A stretch of 64,000 nt of DNA from Heterodontus francisci (Eukaryota), in contig NC_090393.1 of NCBI RefSeq assembly GCF_036365525.1, positions 54,514,488-54,578,487 on the forward strand. Reading direction: 5' to 3'. Of this stretch, positions 23,660 to 38,450 are shown piece after piece; the stretch's first letter is position 1, and each line of letters starts with the position of its first letter. The notes under the pieces were generated by a model, which was not told the origin of the DNA, searched no databases, and saw only the letters and a program-made list of their open reading frames with translations. A program made the position numbers and the translations under genes.

Positions 23660-25630
23660 AAAAAATTCATTCATGGGACGTGGGCCTCGCCGGCTAGGAC
23701 AGCATTTATTGCCTATCCCTAACTGCCCTTGAGAAGGTGGTGGTGAGCTGCCTTCTTGAACCGCTGCAGTCAATATCAGGTGTAGTGAATCGAATTGGCT
23801 GAATACCGGTATCTGTGATGCTGGGGACTTCAGGAGGAGGCCTAGGTAGATTATCCACTCGGCACTTCTGGCTGAAGATTGTAGCAAATGTTTCAGCGTT
23901 ATCTTTAGCACTGATGTGCTGGGCTCCCCGATCATTGGGGATGGGGATATTTGTGGAGCCACCTCCTCCAGTTCGTTATTTAATTGTCCAACACCATTTA
24001 TGACTGGATGTGGCAGGACTGAAGAGCTTAGATCTGATCCGTTGGTTGTGGGATCATTTAGCTCTGTCTATTTCATGCTGCTTATGCTATTTGACCTGCA
24101 AGTAGTCCTGGGTTGTTGCTTCACCAGGCTGACACCTCATTTTCTGGTATGCCTGGTGCTGCTCCTGGTATGCCCTCCTGCACTCTTCATTGAACTAGGG
24201 TTGATTCCCCGGCATGATGGTAATGGTCGAGTGAGGGATATGCTGGGCCATGAGGTTACAGATTGTGTTTTTTTAATTCATTCCTGGGATGTGGACGTTG
24301 CTGGCTAGCCCAGCATTTATTGCCCATCCCTAATTGCCCTTGAGAAGGTGGTGGTGAGCTGCCTTCTTGAACCGCTGCAGTTCATGTGGGGTACACCTAC
24401 AGCGTTGTTAGGAAGGGAGTTTCAGGATTTTGACTCAGCGACAGTGAAGGAATGGCGATTTAGATCAAAGTCAGGAAGGTTTGTGGCTTGGAGAGGAACT
24501 TGCAGGTGATGGTGTTCCCGTGCATTAGCTGCCCATGTACTTCTAGGTTTGGAAGGTGCTGTCTAAGGAGCCTTGTTGCATTGCTGCAGTGCATCTTGTA
24601 TATCGTACACACTGCTGCCATCGTGCATCAATGGTAGAGGGAGTGAATGTTTGTGTATGGGGTACAAGCGAGTGGGCTGCTTTGTCCTGGATGGTGTTGA
24701 GCTTCTCGAGTGTTGTTGGAGCTGCACCCATCGAGGCAAGTGGAACGTATTCCATCACACCCCTGACTTGTACCTTGTAGCTGGTGGACAGGCATTGGGG
24801 AGTCAGGAGGTGAGTTACTCACCTCTGACCTGTTCCTGCAGTCAAGTTATTTATATGGCTACTCCAGTTCAGTTGATGGTCAATGGTAACACCCGGCTGT
24901 TGAGGACAATTCTGCTGGCGCACAGTGCCTCATGGATGTCCAGTTTTGAGTTGCTATGTCTGTCTGAAGTCTATCCCATTTAGCACGGTGGTAGTGCCAC
25001 ACAACACGATGGAGGGTATTCTCAATGTGAAGCTGGGACTTCATCTCCACAAGGACTGTGCGGTGGTCACTCTTTCCAATACTGTCATAGACAGCTGCAT
25101 TTGCGACAGGCAGATTGGTGAGCACAAGGTCAAGTATGTGTTTCCTTCTTATCGGTTCCCTCACCACCAGCCGCAAATCCAGTCTAGCAGCTATGTAGAG
25201 TCATAGAGTCATACAGAGATATGACACCGAAACAGGCCCTTTGGCCCAATGAGTCCATGCCGACCATCAACCACCCATTTATACTAATCCTACATGAATC
25301 CCATTTCCCTCTCACATCCCTACCTACCCTCAATTCTCATACCACCTACCTACACTAGGGGCAATTTACAATGGCCAATTTACCTATCAACCCACAAGTT
25401 TTTGGCATGTGGGAGGAAACCGGAGCACCCAGCGGAAACCCACGCGGTCACAGGGAGAACTTGCAAACTCCGCACAGGCAGTGCACAAAAGGGTATTTCC
25501 TTTAGGAATTGGCCAGCTCGGTCAATAATGGTGCAACCAAACCACTCTTGGTGATGGAAATTGAAGTCCCCACCCGGAGAACATTATGCGCCCTTGCCAC
25601 CCTCAGTGCTTTCTCCAATCACTGATAGCT
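23660..25630 (-). mobile_element. Nested fragments of a second CR1/L2-group LINE family
   Basis: Repeated 3' end (TGGGATGTGG...GCATTTATTGCCCATCCC) and ORF pieces LDLVLTNLPV...SDH and MEYVPLA...IQDKAA. The same family occurs at ~38560-39140 (-) and ~46850-48230 (+). Confidence 0.7.
25195..25485 (-). mobile_element. 5'-truncated V-SINE
   Basis: V-core and 3' tail present, head missing; nested in a LINE. Confidence 0.75.
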
Positions 25631-26891
25631 TTATCCTGAAGCCGTAGCTGGGGCTGTCTTTGGTGTTCCACAATTCACTCACCATCTAGGGAATTGAAGT
25701 ATCCATGCCCGATGAACAGTTTGCTCATCCTTCAGCTGGGGGAGTGCCATCTGACCTTCCATGTCTTTTCTAGAGCAGATAGAACACATAAGTCTATCTA
25801 ATCCTGAAGGAAGTGTGGTTCAGAAGTGATTCTTGGTAATGTTGGGTTCCCCTGTGTGACTGACAAAATTGCATCCCCCTCCCCAAAAAGTGCACTTTGA
25901 ACTTTAAACTGTGAAATAATCATTCTCGTGTGTTTTCCCAAAACCTTCAGGTGTGATTGGCCATGGGCCCCTCTATCAGTACTGTCGTTTATTGTTCCTG
26001 CCTTCTTGGGCACTCAAATCCCTGACATTACTTGTCGCCATCTGCAGGCCGCCATTATGTTTGGAGCTCACCCAACAACTCATTTGCCTGTTGTTGCATA
26101 GCCTCATAACTCCACTCAAGAGGACAAATACTGACTCTTTTGCCACTTGATCAGTGAGTAATGCAGCCGACTGTGGTGAACGAGGAAGGCCTGCCCTTTG
26201 CTTTATCATCCTGGTCTACCATTAGCTGAGATAGATGGTTGTACCCTTTTGGGTCCATGTCAGCGCCTTCAATGACGTGGATCAATAGGCTCCATGTTCT
26301 CACATCTGCCTAATTTAAACATTGCAGCAGAACTCTAGCCATGAGTACCATTGTGGCTTTCTAAAGTCCTTGAATGTGAGTAACTTTGTCCCTCACACAA
26401 TGCTTATACTGCATTAATTGAGCATGTATTCTTGTGAAGGAACAAGTGGTATTCTGAAACTCTATTCTGTGCATTCCTGTTCCATTCATCCCACAATTGG
26501 TGACTGTACCGGCAGCCAATTAGGACTCTCACTAGAATTCTCTCCCTAAAACCGGGCAACTCCCTGTCCTCCTTTAACAACTCTCACCACTCACCTCTTT
26601 CACCATAATTATGGTCACCCCTCCTAATATCTCCTTCATTGGCTCAACATCCATATTTGTCTACAGGCTGCTCCATGCTACATCTGAAGACACAATGTCA
26701 GGTTTCCCATGGATGCTGTCAACAACCAGCTTTACTGCACCATCACATCCCTCGATCCTTCCATTCTCTCTAATTTCACACATTACCTGTCCAACATTCA
26801 GTACTGGATGAGCAGAAGTTTCTTCCGACTAATTATTGGGAAGACTAAAGCCATTATCTTAGGTCTGCACCACAAGCTCCATTCTCTAGCC

Positions 26892-27289
26892 CAGGGGTCA
26901 CCAACATGTCGATCATAAGCTACTGATCGCTTGCATCGGCCTTTGAGTAGCTTGCATAAAGCTCCTAACAATGCAGTCCAATTGCCTACATCATCCTGCC
27001 AGCATTAATCCGCACATATGCATCCTGACATCACTGCGCACCGATGTCACCATGCACTGACATCACTAAGTACTGATGTCACAACAGGACAACCAAGCAA
27101 AAAGGATCAGGGGAGCAGGCGAGGGAATAAGCGGAGGGGAGGGAGTGAGGAGGAGGGAGTGAGCAGGGGGAGAGTGTGCGGGGGAGGAGGAGCGACTGGA
27201 GGGGGAGGAGCAAATGTTCGGGGTGGCACGTGATATTGTTCCTCATTAGTAGAAGTAGCTCTCAGTAAAGAAAAGGTTGGCAACCCCTG
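26892..27289. mobile_element. hAT-Charlie-like MITE
   Basis: TIRs CAGGGGTCACCAAC / GTTGGCAACCCCTG; 8-bp TSD CTCTAGCC/CCCTAGCC. Confidence 0.8.
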
Positions 27290-27508
27290 CCCTAGCCACT
27301 GACTCCTCTTCTCCCTTTTCCAAATGGTGGTATTTGCAAACTAACTTACAATACTCCCAACACCATTGTCCCAGTCATTAGTGAAGATTGTGAAAAGTAA
27401 TGAGCCTAGGAATGATCCAAGCTGAACCATATCTGTTAACTACAATGTTTTGGCTGCTGGTTTGGAGCCAATTCCTAATCCAGCCTTTGAAATTTCTACA
27501 GATATTAC

Positions 27509-30500
27509 AGGCTGAATTTTATTGGGGCGCTCTGCAGCGGTGCCCTTTGAACTCGGCAGTGCACCTGCATTCACCAGTCGCTGCCGAGCACCCACAACAT
27601 TAATCATGGGAGCTCATTTCCATTGATGCCGCGCGCCACCCACACCCCCTCCCACCCCCCCCCCCCCCCCCCCATATTACATGGTGAGAGGCGGGACCTT
27701 CGGCGCAGCGAGAGTTTCGCCAGCTGTGCAGCAGGTGCTGGGGCAAACAATACTTACCTGACTGCTGAATTGTCGGGCTACTGTCAGTCTGGTAGCAAAG
27801 CAGAAAGTGCTGCAGAAATCCAACAGGTCAGGCAGCAGCTGTGGAGAGAGAAGCAGAGTTAACTTGTCCAAGTTCACAGACCTGAAAGTTAACTCTGCTT
27901 CTCTCTCCACAGATGCTGCCTGACTTGCTGTGTTACCCCTGCACTTTTCACTTTGCTGCCACATACTAACCCTGCTGTGTCCCAGTGTCCTGTGAAGTTG
28001 CGATCCTCTTCTCCCACTCAAGTGTAACATTCCTTCTTGCAGGTGTGCTGCACCTGGGTGAATGATCGTACATTTGCACATTCCAGGACGTGAGTCTTAA
28101 ATAGACCATAAAAGGCATTACAGAGGTTTACAGAGAACAAACTGAAACAAATGGGAACGCACGGGTGTCACAGCAATATAAATACGTCTTTCACTAAATG
28201 TTCCTCACCAACGTGTGTCCTTTCCTCTGTGCGAAGCATGTGTGCCAGCATGTAGCGCCAATGCCACATCCCTTTGCACCATTGGCACTTCAGGAGAGCC
28301 AATGTATGCAATAACATGACCATGCCACCATTACACATGAGCATCTCCACGCATGCAGTGACAACGACATTGGCTCAGTCAGCTGCTGCCTCTTATAGTT
28401 TACACAGGGATGCTGCAGATGTGGACTGGTGCACAGCAGGTGAGCAAGGGTAATATGTGGCTTGCAAAGCTCATGTCGGTTTCTATGGTGCAGAGAGCCT
28501 TTGTCTGATAAGCCACTGCCGTACATCCCTACCTCACTGCTAGCCCTGCGTGCAGAGCCTGGGTGCCATCTGCCCTCCCATGCGTCTTTCATGTTGTAGG
28601 TCCTCAGTGTCCTCATAGTCCGAGGAGGAATCCTCTTGATGTCTCTCCTCATCATGCCAGGCCTGGCCCCTATTGGATGCGCAGTTGTGCAGAGCAGCAA
28701 AGAAAGGAGCTGGCCTTTTCGGCCCATAGTACAGGGCATCACCCTATCCATACAGGCATTTGAGGTGCTCTTTCAGCATGCTGATCTCCCTCTCAATTGT
28801 AGCTCTTGTAGCTCAGTGGTTGGCGTTGTATCACTCCTCTGCAGCAATGGTGGGGTCTCTCACTAGTGTCGGGAGCCATGTCTGCAAAGGATAGCCCTTA
28901 ACTCCAAGAAGCCGCCTCTCCATCTGAGCCAGTTCAGTGAACAGCGGTGGCAGCCGGGACTGGCGTAAGACCTAGGTGTCATGGCAGCTGCCTGAGAAGT
29001 GGTCACAGATTCACTGCAAGCATCTGTGATGTTCACATACCAGCTTCACCTCGATTGGGAGGGCTCCTTTAATGGTGATGTCTGCAGGTGGTAGCCTGGC
29101 GGGAGGCCTGATGGCCACATGTGCGCAATCTGTGAACATTACAACCTATGGTTCTCCGGCAATGGTGCCAGAATCAATCGCCCTCTGGGCCTGGCTGTGA
29201 GAGTCCGTCCTGAAACAGACATACTCACTGGCCGTCTGGTTCAGGGCATTAGTGACATCCTTGATGCAGCGGTGCACTGCTGACTGTGTGACCCCACAAA
29301 GGTCTCTGGTGGGCCCCTAAAAGGCTGCAGAGGCGTAAGGCTTGAGAACCGCTGCCACTATGAGGAACCAAGGCATGAGATGCCCACCGGAGCCCATGGG
29401 CTGCAGGTCAGCCTTGAGCAGGGCACAGAGACGTGTCACTGCTCTCTCTATATGCGCAATCTCCTCTGACACTGGACCACTGACATCCGATGGCAAGTCA
29501 TGTGGGGCCTGTAGATGCACAGCAGATGTAATGGCGAGCTCCCCTTGGGGGCTGCTGCTCGCAACCGGGGGCCTTACATGGATTGCACCTGCCTGTTGGT
29601 ATTGCCTCTGACGCATACGGATCCTCACATGCAGAGGATCACACAATGTTGGATGAGCCATACCTATTTCCATGTGATGAATAAAGTTGAACCCTTCAAG
29701 TATTTGAAAGTTCCTAACAGGGTATGGACTGGTGTTGACGGGTACATCAGCTGCTTTCCTGGACCAACTGTATGCTTGATTGCCCGTTGCCCATCTTGGC
29801 CAACACTCAGAGTGGCACAGCATGACCACATCAAGATCCTACCAGCTGAATCGATTGCCCCCACCATCCATATAAGCTTAATGCTCCTGTCCTTTCTGGC
29901 ACCCTCCCCAAACACAAGGTGCCTAGTGTGCCATTGCCCCCTCAAAAACACAGAGCGTACACTGTTACGGAGGGATGATATCTTCCTTCATGCCAGCACA
30001 GCTTTCCTTCCAGTAATCCCAGAACCCCTTCCTTTCAGAATGCAGAGTGAGACCCCTGTGAATCACCCCTTCCAGAATGCAGAGTGAGACCCCTGTGTAT
30101 CCTCCCCCCTTCCTCTTTGCTTTAGGAATGCAGAGTTAGACCCCTGAATATCCCCCCTCCCTTAATGCAGAGTGAGACGCCTGAATAACAGAACTTACCT
30201 TCGCTGGCGATAACTTTTGCCTCTGAGGACCCGCTGGCTTTGCAAATCGTGAATGGGATGGCACGTGAAGGCTGCCCGTTCAGCGAAAAATCCGGAAGTG
30301 TCAGTGGAGAGACAACGGGCTGCATAATCAGCAAAGGTAAGTACTCTTTACTATATGCTAAATGTGGTGCTGCCGCCATGCAGCGGGGGGTCGCACCAAG
30401 GTCCTGCCACCGCTGGTAATATGCAGTAGGCCCTTCTTGACGTCACAGGTCATGGCGGGCCTCTCCCTGTAGCATTTCACCGGCCCCTGCGCCATGACCT

Positions 30501-30531
30501 GTGACGTCGAGGGGCCAGTAAAATTCAGCCC
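27509..30531 (-). mobile_element. Decayed PIF/Harbinger transposon with both TIRs
   Basis: TIRs AGGCTGAATTTTATTGG / CCAGTAAAATTCAGCCC and TSD TAC/TAC. Frameshifted HARBI1-like transposase (...DLCGVTQSAVHRCIKDVTNAL...DCAHVAIRPP) at ~28600-29500. Confidence 0.8.
30036..30188. repeat. Four-unit minisatellite (AATGCAGAGTGAGACCCCTG core)
   Basis: Four imperfect ~37-50-bp tandem units in the Harbinger subterminal region. Confidence 0.8.
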
Positions 30532-30534
30532 TAC

Positions 30535-33500
30535 AAGTTTCTATCTCATGAAGCAACCTAGTGTGAGGCACCTTGTCAAAGACTTTCTGAAAGTCCAGGT
30601 AACCAGTGTTAACTGGATTTCCCTCATCCTCTAACCTAGTGACGTTGTCAAGAAACTCTATGAAATATGTGGCACGAACTATTGTTTTGGGAGCTGTGTT
30701 GTGAATTTCTAAAAGGCCCTTCCTTTACCCAGTAATCATAAAGAACATCTCTCATGATTCCTTTCAGCATCATCCTAATAATGGACATCAGGCTAATAGT
30801 TTCCTACAGTCTCAGGCTCTTATTTGTCACCTTTTTTTAAAATAGGAACTACATGAACTAGCTTCTCGTCTAAGGGAACTAGCCCTGACTCTATTGAACA
30901 ATTGACAATACACGCAAGGGTCTCACAGAACACCTGTCTCATCTCTTCAATCATTTATGAATGGATGTTATCTGAAAATGGAGCTCTATTGATTCTGAAT
31001 ATTCCTATTCTATCCAAGGTGATACTATGTTCTATTTTAATATTATTGCTATTTAATATTGAGCAACCCTCATTAGGAACATAAGAATCATCAACAGGTA
31101 TAGAGACCGATGTGAAATAGTAATTTAGCAGCTCTGCCATAACCTGAGTATCAGTTTGAATCTAGCCTACAGTAAACCTTCAGTGGCCCAATAGAGTCCT
31201 TAATGGTCTTCTGATTGCTGACATAGCTGAAAAAACTTTTATTGTTACTGCCACAATTATACACCAACTTCTTTTCCAGAGATCATTTGGCTAATTGTAT
31301 GGCTGTTGTCACTCTTGATTACATGCCTTAAATGCGTAGAATGCCATCTGTTTCAATCTAATTTACCTTTGTACATTCATTGTCAATCATTCATAATGGT
31401 TTACATAGAAGCATAAAATCATCGCAATTTATGGCACAGAATGAGGCCGATCAGCCCATCATGACTATGCCATCGAAAAAGAGCTATCTAACCTGACCAC
31501 ACTTGCCAGGTCCTGATCTGTAGTCGTGTTGGTTACAGCACTTCAAGTGCATATCCAAATGCTTTTTAAATGTGATAAGGATTTCTGCCTCTCTTACTCT
31601 TGCAGGCAATGAGTTCTGGACTCTCAACACCCTCTGGGTGAAAATAATTCTCCTCAACCTCCTCTAATCCTTCTATCAATTGCTTTAAATTTATGCCACC
31701 TGGTTATTGATTTCTCTGCTAATGGAAATAGGTCCTTCCTATTCAGTCCATCTAGATCTTTCCTAATTTTCTATACCTTAATTAAATCTCCCTTTCTGAC
31801 CCAAAGAAAATGAACCCAGTCTATCCAATCTTTCCTCATAGTTAAACTCTCCAATCCTGGTAACAACATCTTTAATCTCCTCTGCACCCTCTGTACTGCG
31901 ATCACATCCTCCTATAAACTGGTGAGCAGAACTATACGCTGTAATCTAACAATGGCCTAATTAATGTTTTATATAGTTCCAGCCTAACCTCCCTGCTCTT
32001 ATAGTCTATGCCTCGGCTAATAAAGTAAGCATCTTGTATGCCTTCTTCAACACCTTATCTACCTGTCCTGCTACCTTCAGGAATCTGTGGAGATGCACTC
32101 CAAGATCCCTCTCATAGTTTAGTTTAGTTTAGTTTAGAGATACAGCACTGAAACAGGCCCTTCGGCCCACCGAGTCTGTGCCGACCATCAACCACCCTTT
32201 CATACTAATCCTACACTAATCCCATATTCCTACCACATCCCCACCTGTCCCTATATATTTCCCTACCACCTACCTATACTAGGGGCAATTTATAATGGCC
32301 AATTAACCTATCAACCTGCAAATCTTTGGCATGTGGGAGGAAACCGGAGCACCCGGAGGAAACCCACGCAGACACAGGGAGAACTTGCAAACTCCGCACA
32401 GGCAGTACCCAGAATCGAACCCGGGTCCCTGGAGCTGTGAGGCTGCGGTGCTAACCACTGCGCCACTGTGCCGCCCATTCTCAGTATCATACCATTTATT
32501 GTGTATTCCCTTCCCTTGTTTGCCCTCCCCGAATGCATTACCTCACACTCCTCCAGATTGAAATCCATTTGCTACTTTTCTGCCCACCTAACCATTGATA
32601 TTTTTCCGCAGTGTACAGCTTTCTTCCTCACTATCAAGCACATGTCCAAGTTTTGTATCATCTGCAAACTTGTTAATCATGCCTCCTATATTTAAATCAG
32701 TGACATATACCATAAAATGCAAGGGACTTAGTACTAAACCTTGTGGAACTCCACTGGAAACATGCTTCAAGTCACAAAAACACCTTTCAACAATTACCCA
32801 TTGCTTCCTGCCACTGAGTCAATTTTGGAGCCAACTTGATACTTTCCCTTGGATCCCATGAGCTTTTAACTTTCTGACCAGTCTGCCATCTGGAACCTTG
32901 TCGAAGGGCTTGCTAAAATCCATGTAGACTACATGAAACATGCTACCCTCATAACTTCCCTTGTTAGCTCCTCAAAAAATTCAATCAGGTTAGTCAGATA
33001 CAACCTTCCCTTAAGAAATCCATGCTGACAATCCCATATTAATACATGCTTTTTTAAATCACAATGAATACTGCCCATTAGAAGTTTTTCCAATAATTTT
33101 CCCATCAGTGAGTATAGGCTAACTGGCCTGTAATTACTCAGTTTATCCCTTTCTCCATTTTTAAACAATGGCACAATGTTAGCAAACCTCCAGTCCTCAG
33201 GCATCACACTTGTATCCAGAGAGACGTGGAAAATGATGGTCAGAACCTCCGTTGTTTCCTCCTTTGCTCCTCTTAGCAGTCTGGGATACATTTAATTCAC
33301 TCCTGGCAATTTATTTACCTTCAAAGATTCTAAACTCATTAATATTTCATCTCCCATTATGTTTATCCCATCCAATATTTTACAGTCCTCCTCTTTAACT
33401 ACAATGTCTCCTTTGTCCCACTCCTTTGTGAAGACAAATGTGAAGTCTTTATTAAGAATAATGCCCACATCTTCTGCCTCCACACAAAAGTTATCTTTTT

Positions 33501-34800
33501 GCTCTCTACTCTTTCCTTAGTTATCCTCTTGCTGTTTATGTATTTATAAAACATCTTTGGGGTTTCCTTGATTTAACCTTCCAATATTTTTAATGCATCT
33601 TAGTTTGCTTTCTTAATTTCCTTTCTAATTTTACCCCTGCACACTCTACACTACTCTCAGCTTTCTGCAGTATTGAGCTCTATTCTTACTATGAGCATAT
33701 TTGTTTTGAAGCATCACTATCTCCTCCTGAGTCTACCTGTGCCCTCAGCTCATCTGTCTTATTCACTGGATTCCTTGCATAGAAATGAATATAATAAAGC
33801 ACTGACAAACTCCTTTGTTGTCTATTTTCTAGGTTTGTTTCCTCTGCCTTCCATACATATTTACTAATTTTCCCCTTCCATTTGCAGCTTTGCTTCTCTC
33901 CCTTCTGAATCTATCAATTGCCATCACCCTGCCAAGCCTCTTTCAAGCCTCTCCAACAGAACTTGGAAATCTTCCTCTGACAATACTGGTCTCGGCCCTG
34001 TTGAGGTGCAAACAACTTGTACAGATCCGACTTCCCCCCCAAAGCCCTCTCTCCTGTACCATCTCTTCAGCCATGGCTCCATCTGCACTATTCTCCTAAT
34101 TTTGTACTCACTTGCATGCTTTTTAATTTATTTCCTAGCTTGCTAAAATCTGTCTGCAGGAACTCATCCCTCTTAATACCTATGTTCTTGGTACCAATAT
34201 GGACCATGACCTCAGAATGTTCTACAGCCACTCAGTAACATCATTGACTCTGATACTAGGGAGCAACATACCATCCTGGAATCACATCTTTGACCACATA
34301 AGTGCCTGTATGTCCCCTAACTATTGAACTCCCTATCACTATTTTCTGACCTTCTTCCCCCCCTCCCAGTACAGCTGAGCCATCAATGGTGCTATGGATT
34401 TGGCTCTGGCTCTACTTCCAGAATCACCACCCTTACCACAGATTAGAGAGCAAGATGAACTCTGCACTAACTGCCTGCTCCTTGTCTGTTTGGCAGTCAC
34501 CCATTCATTGGCTCTTAAGCTGCAAAAATGTGCTATCTATGTAGCTCTCAGTCTCATGGATGCACTGCAGTGACCCCAACTGCTGCACAAGTTCTAAAAT
34601 CCATAACTCGAGTTTCTCCCACTGATGACACTTGCCTCACCTGTGATCAGGAATCAGGGACACGAGGAGCATCCTGGAGTTCCCAAATGGCATACAATGT
34701 GTATTTGATGGGACGGAATTCCACTCCCATGCCTCTGTATATTAGACTGTGAACTAAACTTACCTGAAATAAACTTATGCTTTGTGCCTGATATGGTCAA
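30535..34800 (-). mobile_element. Decayed CR1 LINE segments
   Basis: YRPVSLYSLMGKLLE, TNLIEFFEE, SGVPQGLVLSP and KFADDTKLG in ORFs 32588..33483. Confidence 0.8.
32116..32476 (-). mobile_element. V-SINE (HE1-like) nested in CR1
   Basis: Full head, V-core and (CTAAA)n tail. Confidence 0.9.
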
Positions 34801-35384
34801 AAGAAACCACTCACCAGCTACTCATCAATCAGTTCCTTCCCTTGTGCTGACATTACTTTAGTTATTTTCTAACTCCCTCCCTGAAGCTCATGCTCCCTAC
34901 CTCTTGTGGATACAGAGCACTTGGTGAAAATAAGGGCATGGGCAGCAGAGTTTTGGATGACCTCATGTTTATGGGGCAAACTGTGGGAGACTGGCTAGGA
35001 GTGCTTTGCAATAGTCAAGTCTAGAGTCAACAAAGGCTTGGATGAGCTTTTCAGCAGCTGATGAGTTGACGCAGGGGTGGAGTTGGCTGCTATTATGAAA
35101 GTAGAAATAAGTGGTCCAAATGATGGTGTGAATATGTGGTCAGAAGTTCATCTTAGGATCAAATCAGACAGTTGCCAGGGAGAGGGATGGAATCAGTAGC
35201 TAGGGAACAGAGCTTATAGTGGGGACTGAAGATATTGGATTTGGTGTTCCCAAAATTTCATTGGAGGAAATTTCTGCTCATCCAGTACTGGATATCGGAC
35301 AAGCAGTGTGATAATTTAGTGACTGTGGAGGAGTCTGAGAGGTGTTGGTGAGGTAGAGCTCGGTGTCTTCAGCATACAGGTAAA

Positions 35385-38300
35385 AACAGTATGAGTACAA
35401 GGAATTGTATCAGAATAGATTGGTGGCTATCATATAAGGAAATCCAAAGATCTTCGATAGGCATATTAAAAGTGAAAAGGTTGTTAGAGGAGTGGTGGGG
35501 CCAATTAGGGACCAAAATGGAGATTTATTGGTGGAGGCAGGAGGCACTAAATAAATATTTTACATTGTTGTTAACCAAGGAAGAGGACTTTGCCAAAGTT
35601 ATGGTAAACAAAGAGGTTGCCAGGATACAGGATAAGATAAATATAGATTAAGAGGAGATACTAGGGAGGCTGGAAATACTAAAAGGGGATGTGATTCATT
35701 CTATGTTGCTAAAGGAAGTAAGTCTAGAAACTGCAGAGTGCTGCCCGGAATTTTCCAATTCTTTTTAGATAAGGGGGCACTGCCAAAGCACTGGATTGCA
35801 AATGTTACACCCTGTTCAGAAAAGGGTAGGCGGATAATCCTGACAATTACAGGCTAGTCAGTTTAATGTCAATGGTGGGGAAGCATTGTAAGAGAACATT
35901 AACAGCCACTTGGCAAAAACATCGACTAGTAAAAGAGCCAGAATGGATTTGTTAATGGCAAATCATGTTTGACTAACTTGATTGAGTTTTTAATTGAGTT
36001 AACAAAGAAGATGGATGAGAGTAGTGCAGTCAATGTTGTGTACATGGATGTTCAAAAGGCAATGGATTAAATAGCACATATTGGACTTGTTAGCAAAACT
36101 GAAACCCATGTGGTAAAAGCTGCAGTAACAGGATGGATACAGGATTTGCGAAGGGATAGAAAACAGAAAGTTGTGGTGAATGACTGTATTTCAGACTGGA
36201 GGGAGGTAAACACTCGAATTCCCCAAGGATCAGTATTCGGACCACTGCTGCTTTTGATATACCTTAATGCCTTGAACTTGCTTGTAAAGAGCACAATTCC
36301 AAAATTTGCAGGTAACACAGAAGTTGGGAATGTACTAAACACTGAGGAAGATAATAATAGACTTCATGAGGACTTAGCTGATGGAAAGGGCAGTCATATG
36401 GCAGATAAAATGCAATGCAGAAAATTGTGAGGCAATACATATTGGTAGGAAGAATGAGGGGACACAATACACAGTACAATTTTAAAGTGGGTGTAAGAAG
36501 AGGGAGACCTGGGGATGTTTCTGCACAAATCTTTGAAGGTGGCAGGATAGGTAAACAAGGCAACGAATAAAGTTTCTGGGGTTCTGAGCTTTATAAATAG
36601 AGGCAAAGCAAAGAAAGTTATGCTAAACCAATATAAAATGGTAGTTTGGCCCCAGATTTAGTAGTGTCTCCAATTTTGGGCACCACACTCTAGAAATGCT
36701 CTGGAGAAGGTACAGAAGAGACTTATGCAGACAGCCGGCATGGACTCGATCGGCCAAATGGCCTCCTTCTATGCCATAAATGACTCTACGACTCGACAAC
36801 TAGAATAATGTGGATAGACGTGAGAAGCTGGAGTGTTCCCCAGAAAGCAGAAAAGCCTGAGAGGAGATTTGATAGTGGTGTTTAAAATCATTAAGGCTTT
36901 GGAAAGCATAATTGAAGAGAAACTCTTTCCAATGACTGAGGGATTGATAATCAGAGGATGAGAAAAAATGTTATTATGCACCGAGTGATTAGGATTTGGA
37001 ATGCACTGCCTGATATGGTGGTGGATACAAATTCAATAGTAATCTTCAAAAGGGAATTGGGTAACTATTTGAAGCAGAAAAAAATTGCAGGGATATGGGG
37101 AAAGAGCAAGGGAGTGGGAATAACTGGATTCATCTTCAAAAGAGCAGGTGCAGACTCAACAGGCTGAATGACCACCTGCTGTGCTGTACTGTTCTGTGAT
37201 TCTATGATTCATTGCTGGTGTCTACAAAAGTCTCAGCTACTCTTCCTACTACATTAGGTGATTCATCATTGGACCAGTTAATACAAGGAAAGTGGAAGAC
37301 AAATGCAAATTGGGAGCAGGATCTGCTCAGTGTTGGGCTCAGTGCTTCAAATAGTTCATCTTCTTGAGGTCCTGCTCTTGGGCCTGGCTGAAAAATTATC
37401 TTATGGTTCAGGATGGTGATGCCAATGGGGGTGGGGTGGGGGGGGGGGGGTGCAGGGATGGTGGGAGAGTTGCACAGTGTGCAGTTGCTTTGGTTGCAGT
37501 CTTGTCTGTGCCCAGGTGGCCCTGGAGTGTTCACCGGTGTGCTTGAAGCTTTCTGCAACCAGTGGGCACACAGGGAATAGTGTATCTTATAGATACTGAT
37601 AAAATATTATCTCTCTAGCTGGAAAGGTTACCTTTGATTTTGTTAGGACTTTGTTGCTTATTTTGACTTCTTTTATTTTGATTGGAATGTACTTTTCTTT
37701 CCTGTATTAGTGGCACTTGTTATGATGTTTCTTGTTTGGTGACCCTGGAGCAACTCAGTTGCACCTTTACTGCTCCATCAAAAAAGGCCCAGGCTAGAAA
37801 CCTTATCAATTTGTGAATAAAGTTCCTCATCAGCTGGGATTGCCTGTCCTGGAGGTCTATAACAGGTCCAATCATAACCTTAGGAATATTGGCTTGGATT
37901 AATTGACTCCAAACACCTTCTGCTTCTTCTGATGTATCAGTATCTCTTGCCACAGAAGACATGTCTCAGACAAATAAGGCTACACCTCCTTCTTTCTGGC
38001 CTGTTCTACCTTTCCTAAAACAGCTGTACCCTGTGATATGACATTCAGTACCATCATTTAAATCCAGCCATGTCTCAGTAACATTTTCTAATTGCTGCAT
38101 TAAGATTATAGTTCCACCCCCCCCCCCCCACCCCCCCCCCCCCCCACCTCAACTGAGACTTCTTGTATTAGCACAGAAGCATTTCAATAGTCTATCATTT
38201 AACTGAGTCTGGGAACCATTCCTTTTATGTACCTTCCCTTTAGAATATCCTGGTTGTCTATTAATGTTACCTGCCTTATTAAAACTACTGGCTGATTTAT

Positions 38301-38450
38301 CTATTCTTACCCTGGGCTCAACTAATTCAAATTCTCCCCAAAGGCTACTTCAAAATTCCATCCCATCATCTGTGCACCCAAAATATTAAGATGGAAGCCA
38401 ATTCTCCTAAAATGTTTACCTTACCACTGAAAATTTCCCCAGCTCTCTAT
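35385..38450. mobile_element. Decayed CR1 LINEs (35385-37210 plus strand; 37210-38450 minus-strand EN fragments)
   Basis: IPQGSVFGPLL, KFAGNT, RVIRIWNALP; CTATGATT-type tail at ~37200. Confidence 0.7.

Noticed and set aside
30036-30188. Repeat-spacer-like array
   Set aside because: It is a eukaryotic minisatellite with related, variable-length interspaces inside a Harbinger element, not a CRISPR array.
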